DNA of 64,000 bases. Source: a virus. Taxonomy: Duplodnaviria > Caudoviricetes. The DNA lies in the IMG/VR virus record IMGVR_UViG_3300037067_002413, positions 64,001 through 128,000 of that record. One strand, 5' to 3'. This document shows positions 57,422 through 64,000 of this stretch, piece after piece. Numbering within the stretch: the stretch's first letter is position 1; the number at the start of each line of letters is the position of its first letter. A program made the position numbers and the translations under genes. Below the pieces are notes generated by a model. The model made no database searches. It was not told the origin of the DNA and was given only the letters and a program-made list of their open reading frames with translations.

Positions 57422-57907
57422 AATGGAAACAGTTACAATCCAAATCTCGAAGACCTCGGATGGGCTGCACGATTACATGCAGATCACAAGCCCGGATCAG
57501 ACCTCGTTGAACATCGTTCTGATTGTCAATCATATCAACCTTGAAGATCGACGACCCAGAGAAAAGAAGAAAAAAGAATAACCGTTATCTTTGCGCCAAA
57601 CGGAAATCTAACGTATCTTCTATGGTTTCTGTATCTTCCTTCCGATACCTATTATGCCCACCTTGCAAGGCGTTGTAGGCAACCAAACCATCATGTGAGG
57701 AGATTCAGACATGCGATACCGGATTTTGGCAGACGGCATCCTGTCCCTTGGACCGCTTATTGCGACAGGACAGCGATGGAACCGAACCAGTGAAGACATT
57801 CTGAACATGACCGCCCTGAACGGTCGAAAGAATGTAAGACCGACGTTGTTATGAGCAACGCTGCCTGGTGTGCTGACGGAAAACGCTGTTGTATGGCGAG
57901 TTCCTCG

Positions 57908-58037
57908 TGTGAGTCAGACAGTTGGTTCGACGGGTTGCAGGTTCGACACCTGCCCGCTAACAACGGTAGCTCAATGGCACTTCTGATTACAAAGCTGAGC
58001 CTTGCGGTAGAGCACGAACCAAATCAATGGATTCCAC
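57908..58037 (+). ncRNA. circularly permuted tRNA-mimic (Y RNA/YrlA-like topology)
   Basis: ttggttcg / T-arm gcagg-ttcgaca-cctgc / ccg-loop-cgg / ta-gctc...gagc D-arm / a-cgaaccaa. Confidence 0.55.
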
Positions 58038-58081
58038 CGGAGTCGGCCAGCCTTTCAACCTGGCCGACTCCGATTCTTTTT
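58038..58081 (+). terminator. 13-bp perfect hairpin + T-tract
   Basis: cggagtcggccag/ctggccgactccg-attcttttt. Confidence 0.7.
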
Positions 58082-58264
58082 GGAGATTGAGTTATATGCT
58101 TGCGGGACACAATAAGAAGTGGACGGAACGAATCAAGAAACCAACTCCACCACGGGTTTGCAACTCATGCGGACGGAAACGTAAAGGCAATGAGCCGTGG
58201 TATTTCTTCTCGGATGGAACGCAATCGTGCGAGTCATGCGAGGAGAAGAACTATCCGATGCCAA

Positions 58265-59218
58265 ATGCAAATAATACCTGAACTACAGTGGCGTGGACTC
58301 ATCCATCAGACGACCGATGGCCTGATTGAGCATCTGCAAACTAAGCGGACGGTCTACCTGGGCATCGACGCCACGGCTGACAGTCTGCACGTCGGCCATC
58401 TGGTTATGCTTCTGACGCTGAGGCGATTTCAGCAAGCCGGTCATCGGACCATTGTTCTAATTGGTGACGCTACTGGGATGATAGGTGACCCAAGCGGCAA
58501 GAATGAGGAACGGAAACTGCTGAACCAGGTAGACGTTGGAATGAATGCGTTTAGCATCACGGAACAGATCACACGACTTGTAAGTGTAATTGTGGTGAAC
58601 AACCTCGATTGGATGCGCGACTACCGTTATCTTGACTTTCTACGCTACGTGGGCAAGCATTTCCCGGTCAACGTGATGCTAACAAAAGACTCTGTGAAGA
58701 GCAGGATGGAATCGGGGCTGAGTTACACCGAGTTTAGTTACATGCTTTTACAGGCTTACGACTTCGTGAAGCTGTGGGGCAATTACGGCTGCACCTTGCA
58801 GATCGGCGGGTCTGACCAATGGGGCAATATCACTGCCGGCATCGACCTGGCACGACGGATGGACGGCGAACAATTGTACGGCTTGACCTGCCCGCTGCTA
58901 ACGAAGAGCGACGGCACGAAAATGGGCAAGACTGAAAACGGCGCATTGTGGCTTGACGCCAACAAAACATCGCCCTATGACTTCTTTCAATACTGGGTAA
59001 ATATCGACGATGCCGATGTTCGGCAGTGCTTATGTTTCTTTACGGACTTGGACATGAACGAGATCAACGCCCTTATGGCTCGGCATGAATCTGATCCTTG
59101 CAAACGCATCGCCCAACGGCGTCTTGCAATGGAGTTGACCAATCGAGTGCATCATGGCACACCGCGCTTTGGCACTATCCATCGTTCGCGCTTAGACCTA
59201 TCCACCGTTCGCGCTTAG
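58265..59218 (+). CDS. tyrS: tyrosyl-tRNA synthetase lacking the C-terminal S4 domain
   Basis: YLGIDATADSLHVGH, GDPSGK, EFSYMLLQAYDF, QIGGSDQWGNI, KMGKT; homology ends at ELTNRVH. Confidence 0.92.
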   Translation: MQIIPELQWRGLIHQTTDGLIEHLQTKRTVYLGIDATADSLHVGHLVMLLTLRRFQQAGHRTIVLIGDATGMIGDPSGKNEERKLLNQVDVGMNAFSITEQITRLVSVIVVNNLDWMRDYRYLDFLRYVGKHFPVNVMLTKDSVKSRMESGLSYTEFSYMLLQAYDFVKLWGNYGCTLQIGGSDQWGNITAGIDLARRMDGEQLYGLTCPLLTKSDGTKMGKTENGALWLDANKTSPYDFFQYWVNIDDADVRQCLCFFTDLDMNEINALMARHESDPCKRIAQRRLAMELTNRVHHGTPRFGTIHRSRLDLSTVRA

Positions 59219-59318
59219 CACTATCCCCTATCCGCGCTACGCGCTATCGGCTATCCGCGCTTCGCGCTATCCCCGCGCCGCGCTTAGGCACTATCCCCTC
59301 ATTGCGCTTGGCACTTTC
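59156..59318 (+). repeat. degenerate short-repeat array (CGCGCT(T)A / CTATCC)
   Basis: Repeated cgcgcttag..ctatcc units. Confidence 0.8.
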
Positions 59319-59865
59319 GGGGTGTTGCCATTCGTCATTCCACCGATCGGGAGGAAAAGATGAATCAAAAACTGGCGGTAGAAACCACGACATGCTCTGA
59401 CATTCCATCGTTATTGATATTGCCAAAATAAGCCAGTCTTTGTTATTCTATCCTTCGACTTGAGCGTCGGCCGGCTCTGCGTTGGGTCGGGGCATGACCG
59501 TCAAACTCAGGCCAGTCGTTTGTCGATTGGCTACTCGTCGTAGCCCTGACAACGCCAGAGATAGGATCGGTACATAGGGATCGCGGTGGCACAAACCAAG
59601 TCGCTTTGACTCTACGGCTGCACCTGTCGATGCTGTGTCCGATCCTATCTTTGTTTCTTGATGATCGCCTTTGGAAACCATTTTCTTCTAACTATTCCAA
59701 TATCAGCGGCTTAGGCGACATCCAACGCATGACAACGATAGCACGTCGCCTGCACCGGGATGCCTATCGGCTTCTGATTGACAGTGGACTGTCGATCGTT
59801 GAAAAATCAACAAAGCCATCGCCGGCTCGGCCGAAGACGACGCCGTTGCCGGCAAATACTCTGAC

Positions 59866-59976
59866 GAAATTTGGTTCACGGTTACAAATTCAATTTGCCG
59901 GAATTTTCCACGGTTAGGTGGCCTTAGCGGAATTTGGCCACGGTTAAATGTCATTAGGGGTTTTGGGGCACGGTTA
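59866..59976 (+). repeat. four phased CACGGTTA iterons (59877, 59909, 59939, 59969)
   Basis: Spacing 32/30/30 bp; each preceded by a T-tract (GAATTT-like in three). Confidence 0.8.
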
Positions 59977-60041
59977 CAATATATGATGTTGGCCGGCCTG
60001 GGTTGGGCGCGCCGGGCTGGTTGTGCCGATCGTGCCGGTTC

Positions 60042-60188
60042 TTCCGTCTATTCCGTCTATTCCGTCTATTCCGATTCTGCACATTGTATCAGTTTTCCGA
60101 GTTATACCGATTGTAGGGTATGATCGGATTGTGCCGAACGTGGACCGGAACGTGGACCGGAACGTGGACCGGAACGTGGACCGGAACG
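60042..60188 (+). repeat. tandem repeats TTCCGTCTA x3 (60042-60068) and GAACGTGGACCG x4 (60136-60183)
   Basis: Read directly from the sequence. Confidence 0.9.
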
Positions 60189-60301
60189 GTTGCCCATTCA
60201 TCAAAATCGAATTGTCAAAGAGCGAAACCCGTAGTTGGGTAGTCCCCGGCCGGTAGTCAACCGGCACGCTAACGGCGAATTAAAACTCCGCCGATACCAC
60301 A

Positions 60302-60330
60302 AGCATACAACAATGCTAGTCCATTGTCAA
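60302..60330 (-). promoter_or_regulatory. leftward sigma70 promoter with internal operator
   Basis: Reverse complement TTGACA-atggactagcattgttg-TATGCT. Confidence 0.7.
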
Positions 60331-60365
60331 TAGGAAAATTTCAACAATTTTATTTATTTTTCTAG

Positions 60366-60394
60366 TTGACAATGGGGTAGCATTGTGGTATGAT
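60366..60394 (+). promoter_or_regulatory. strong sigma70 early promoter with ACAATG-N6-CATTGT operator
   Basis: TTGACA-17 nt-TATGAT with AT-rich UP element. Confidence 0.85.
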
Positions 60395-60400
60395 TGTAGT

Positions 60401-61207
60401 ATGAAAGCAACCACCATGCAAACAAAACGCAAACCTATCGTTGTTCCGAGACTTGCGAAAGGCCACGGGATTAGCGGGCCGGAATTCTATGGGTGTTTCA
60501 ATACCGGAATGGCTCCCTCTATCTTTCATTCGCGCACGGGGAAATATGTCGTTGGACCGGAACTACGTTGCCGTGACGCCATGCGCGAGCGCGTGACGCT
60601 AACCGATGCACGGCACCACGGCGACGGCAATCAGCGGGTTTGGCTCTACAACGGGCGCAAGCCGGCCGTGGCGAAATTCATGGCTATGTGCGGCGCGCAG
60701 ATATTGGAAAATCATGCCATTGCTTGCGACCATGCGAAGACGGCCGAAAAAGCCGCGAAAGGCGACTTCGCCGCCGCGCTTCACTTAGGAGACTTCTAAT
60801 TATGAAAGCAATCCTAACAGAATCAAAACGTCTTAGTGCCAGTGATGCCAAACGCTACAACGTCGGCGTAGTGGGGTTTAACGTCAACCGACCACGTTTC
60901 CTTATTCGCGGCCCGTGGTGCGAAACCACCGCCCGCGAACACGCCGCGCGTTTGCAAGATGACCTTGACCACAACCGGATAAAATTAGATAACCACAATG
61001 AGCATAGAACGAATAATTGCGGAATGTGAAGCAATCGCGGCCTTGCAAACATCGTGCAAAGCGCGGGCCATGATGTATCAGGCCGACTTGAAAGAGGAAG
61101 TAGCCCGCCACAACGGATTGCCTTTCGATGCCTATTACAATCTGCCCTACGTCGAATGGGAACCGATACGCCGACGATACAATGAGGAGCAAAATGGACC
61201 TACTTAG
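60401..61207 (+). other. early hypothetical genes (60401-60799, 60802-61029, 60998-61207)
   Basis: ORFs downstream of the promoter. Confidence 0.6.
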
Positions 61208-61850
61208 AAAATCTGACGCCGACCTTGCGACCTTATACAATACGTGTTGCGTCGAATTGCGCCGGCGGGCAAACGCCGCCAAGTGCGATGACGTAGCAAT
61301 CATCCGTGGCAACGAAATGGGCAAACGGGCCTTGACCGTGGCGTGCGCCGGCAACCATTCTATTCTTTTCGTCGGCCCGCCCAACAGCGGAAAAAGCATG
61401 TTCCGCGCAGCGGCAATCCATCATATCGGCCCCGTAACTTTTGAGGCCCGCCCCTGCCCGTGTGGTTTCATCGGTAGCGCAATGACGGCTTGTAATTGCA
61501 CGTCCGCGCAAGTCGCCCGGCACCGCGCCAAGTTGCCCGTGGCCGACATTACTATCGAAATAGTACCGCCGGCGGAACGCGACTTGCAAGGCCGTCCGGG
61601 GACGTGTTCGGCGGACATATCCCGCGCCCTTGCCGACGTGGCCACTTTCACTAGCCTTGACTTATGCGAAACGTGCCGCAACTTGCTCAAAGCCGCGTGC
61701 GCCGAATTAAACATCGACGCCGCCGCACGGGAGAGAATCCTTGCTGTAGCGCGAACCATTGCGAATATGGACCGTTCGGAAACAATCAAGCCTAGCCACT
61801 TGTGCGAAGCGATAAACTACCGCGCCATGCGAGTCTACCTAACCCGGTAG
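61194..61850 (+). CDS. minimised ComM/YifB (Mg-chelatase-like AAA+) protein
   Basis: IRGNEMGKRAL.VA.AG.H..L..GPP.SGKSM, PCPCG...C.C, RIL.VARTIA.......I...HL.EAI.YR. Confidence 0.8.
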   Translation: MDLLRKSDADLATLYNTCCVELRRRANAAKCDDVAIIRGNEMGKRALTVACAGNHSILFVGPPNSGKSMFRAAAIHHIGPVTFEARPCPCGFIGSAMTACNCTSAQVARHRAKLPVADITIEIVPPAERDLQGRPGTCSADISRALADVATFTSLDLCETCRNLLKAACAELNIDAAARERILAVARTIANMDRSETIKPSHLCEAINYRAMRVYLTR

Positions 61851-61878
61851 AAAACTTTGGAAAATAAAAAGATTCTAC

Positions 61879-61907
61879 TTGACAATGGGGCAGCATTGTT
61901 GTATGAT
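61879..61907 (+). promoter_or_regulatory. sigma70 early promoter with operator (copy)
   Basis: TTGACA-atggggcagcattgttg-TATGAT. Confidence 0.85.
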
Positions 61908-61951
61908 TGTGGTATAAGACAGAAACAACCACTTACACGGAGTTGCAACCA

Positions 61952-62677
61952 ATGAGTAGCCTTTGCTTACATGCCGGCGCGAAAATCATCGAAATGGAAC
62001 AATTGCGGGACGTGACCACCCCGGAAGCTACGCCGACTTGGACCCCGGTCCCCCATGACACTTTTGTCAACAGCGTCAAGAACGCCCTTGTGTCGAGCGG
62101 CGCGAACATCGTCAAAGAGGAACACGCCTTGTATCACGACGGCGACCGATATTTCGGCTTGCTTCACTTGGGTGACAACAACGACGGCGGCAATACCGTG
62201 GTCGGCATTCGCAATTCGCACGATAAGACGTTCCCCGCTGGCCTTTCGCTTGGCAATCACGTCACTGTTTGCGACAACCTGAGTTTCTCAGGCGACGTGG
62301 TTGTGGGTCGAAAGCATACCCGCTTTATCAGCCGGGACTTGAACCAACTTATCTACAACGCGGTAGGAAAGTTGGCCGACCTTCGCGTGAAGCAAGCGGC
62401 GCGTTTTTCCGCCTATCGCGGCCGTGAACTTACCGACTTGGAAGCCCATGACCTTATGATTCGCGCCCTCATGGGTCGTATCGTTTCGGGCGAGCAAGTC
62501 GCAAAGGTTGTCGGCGAATGGCGGAAACCGGCCCATGAAGACTTCGCGCCCCGCAACGTGTGGAGTCTGTTCAACGACTTCACCGAAATCTTGAAAGGCA
62601 CCGCGCCGCAATCGGCAATCAAGCGAACCATGACCTTGCATGGATTGCTTGACGCCCATTGCCAGATTGCCGTATAA
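61952..62677 (+). CDS. DUF932-family protein
   Basis: T.TW.PVPH, G.RYFG, GIRNSHDK, VCDNL.F, RKHT, WSLFN..TE.LK. Confidence 0.75.
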   Translation: MSSLCLHAGAKIIEMEQLRDVTTPEATPTWTPVPHDTFVNSVKNALVSSGANIVKEEHALYHDGDRYFGLLHLGDNNDGGNTVVGIRNSHDKTFPAGLSLGNHVTVCDNLSFSGDVVVGRKHTRFISRDLNQLIYNAVGKLADLRVKQAARFSAYRGRELTDLEAHDLMIRALMGRIVSGEQVAKVVGEWRKPAHEDFAPRNVWSLFNDFTEILKGTAPQSAIKRTMTLHGLLDAHCQIAV

Positions 62678-62736
62678 TGACCCGTTGCCCGTCCGCCCCG
62701 GTCGAAAGGCCGGGGCGGGCCGGCTAGGAGACAACC

Positions 62737-62931
62737 GTGGAAGAAGACGAAGTAGTCCAACGCATAGGCGAATTGATTAACGCAACGGACGTGGAAACCG
62801 TCCTAAACGGCCTAGCGCAATGGCTTACGAATTATGACGAAACCATTCGACGAATAGACCCTGACAACGTGACGTGTCGCAACTACCGCGTAGTGGCCGT
62901 GAAACTGGCCCACTTGGCAGAGGAAATCTAG
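62737..62931 (+). CDS. hypothetical protein
   Basis: AGGAG RBS after a GC hairpin (62687-62724). Confidence 0.55.
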   Translation: MEEDEVVQRIGELINATDVETVLNGLAQWLTNYDETIRRIDPDNVTCRNYRVVAVKLAHLAEEI

Positions 62932-62933
62932 CC

Positions 62934-63521
62934 GTGAAACTTTACAACAAAACCCAATGCCCTGACGAGATTGTTGAAAACTTGCTTGTTCGGGCCGGGC
63001 GGGCTTGCGGGAAAGTGCGAACCACCGGGGTAATTGTAATCGTGACGGCCGGCCGCACGGGGCAAGTGAAAGGCATGGCGCACGAATGTACGGGGGTGTA
63101 TGAATTCAAGTTGCGGCGCATGAAGCAAACCCGAAAAAACGGCAAGCGCGTGCGGGGCCGTTGCATTAACACGGACGGCGGATATTTTGCAATCACGTTG
63201 CCACAAATTTTGCCAACGATTGTAGGTCAAACTGACCCGCTGGCACGGGCTGAAAACTTTTTTCAAGTCGCCATTCACGAATGGGGCCACATTCGAGATT
63301 ACCAACAAGGCGGCGCGTCACTTATGCCGTGGGCCAAGCGCGTCGGCGGCACAATCTTCTTGCGTGGTAGGCGGCAAAAGTGGGAAGACCGGCCGGAAGA
63401 GAAGCGCGCTATCCGATACACCACGGAAGCGAATGAGAAAATCGCGGCGGGCATTGTGCAACCGCCGGATGATGCAATCCTAGCCCTAGCCGTTTGGCTG
63501 GAATCCACAACCAACAAGTAA
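62934..63521 (+). CDS. HExxH metallopeptidase-like protein
   Basis: AIHEWGHIRD ... EE.RA. Confidence 0.55.
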   Translation: MKLYNKTQCPDEIVENLLVRAGRACGKVRTTGVIVIVTAGRTGQVKGMAHECTGVYEFKLRRMKQTRKNGKRVRGRCINTDGGYFAITLPQILPTIVGQTDPLARAENFFQVAIHEWGHIRDYQQGGASLMPWAKRVGGTIFLRGRRQKWEDRPEEKRAIRYTTEANEKIAAGIVQPPDDAILALAVWLESTTNK

Positions 63522-63689
63522 ACCGATGAATACCAACGAACGAGAATTGCGCTTGCTCCAATACGCCGTGGCGTTTGCCCTCGCCAACATCGACGACGAT
63601 ATGGCGGACGACTTGAAAACCGATTGCGACGGGCTGGAAAAGGAATTGACCGTATTGCGCGCCAGGCTGGAAAAATAAAGAGATTCCAC

Positions 63690-63718
63690 TTGACAATGGG
63701 GTAGCATTGTGGTATACT
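63690..63718 (+). promoter_or_regulatory. sigma70 early promoter with operator (copy)
   Basis: TTGACA-atggggtagcattgtgg-TATACT. Confidence 0.85.
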
Positions 63719-63739
63719 TTAGAAAAGGGAAACAAAACC

Positions 63740-63937
63740 ATGACAACCGACGTAAGAGTAGATAATTGCGGTGGCATTGTTGGCTTGACGCCAATGACCC
63801 CCGCCGGCCGCGAATGGATTGCGGAGAATTGCCAAGCCGAATCGTGGCAATGGATGGGCGAAACGCTGAACATCGACACGCGAATGGCAGAAGACGTTTT
63901 GGAAGGGATGAAAGCCGACGGGTTGACCGTCGAATAA
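63740..63937 (+). CDS. hypothetical protein
   Basis: RBS downstream of the promoter. Confidence 0.6.
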   Translation: MTTDVRVDNCGGIVGLTPMTPAGREWIAENCQAESWQWMGETLNIDTRMAEDVLEGMKADGLTVE

Positions 63938-64000
63938 TCACGACACAAAGTTGGGACTGACTATCCCGGCTAGGGAGACTAACATGGCGACTATCGAAAC

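Noticed and set aside
59974-60267. ORFs with RSTF/NVDR and IPS repeats
   Set aside because: They are translations of 9- and 12-bp tandem repeats with no RBS; more likely non-coding, although the leftward promoter means a minus-strand product cannot be fully excluded
41936-64000. Prophage boundary with host chromosome to the right of tRNA-Ala
   Set aside because: The right side still consists of phage-style small ORFs, thyX and early promoters, with no host housekeeping operons

Overview
The window looks like 64 kb of a large, probably temperate dsDNA phage genome, with almost all genes on the + strand. A Planctomycete host is inferred, not shown, from the style of the integrase, CsrA, small membrane proteins and TyrRS. 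No virion structural genes are present. From left to right it carries: a family A DNA polymerase with DnaJ-type Zn-finger insertions; two sigma factors; DNA and RNA ligases; a nucleotide-metabolism block (class II RNR, dCMP deaminase, dUTPase, ThyX, 2 Nudix, 2 HAD nucleotidases); six orphan DNA methyltransferases, two with an alternative-frame nested subunit; four tRNAs plus several aberrant tRNA-like or structured RNAs; an integrase/excisionase pair beside tRNA-Ala; CsrA; a C-terminally short TyrRS; and a repeat-rich non-coding zone followed by a GATC-free early region driven by repeated sigma70 promoters that contain an operator. The standout is 48.2-50.6 kb. A stand-alone RAMP/Cas7-like gene and one unknown gene are followed by a non-coding array of eleven 50-nt hairpin repeats (plus one degenerate leading copy). 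The 12 spacers (46-73 nt) are themselves built from 5-nt units of the form (GGT-like triplet)+NN. This suggests a non-CRISPR, phage-encoded programmable RNA-guided system whose guide information lies in the variable dinucleotides. All calls were made by eye without database searches.
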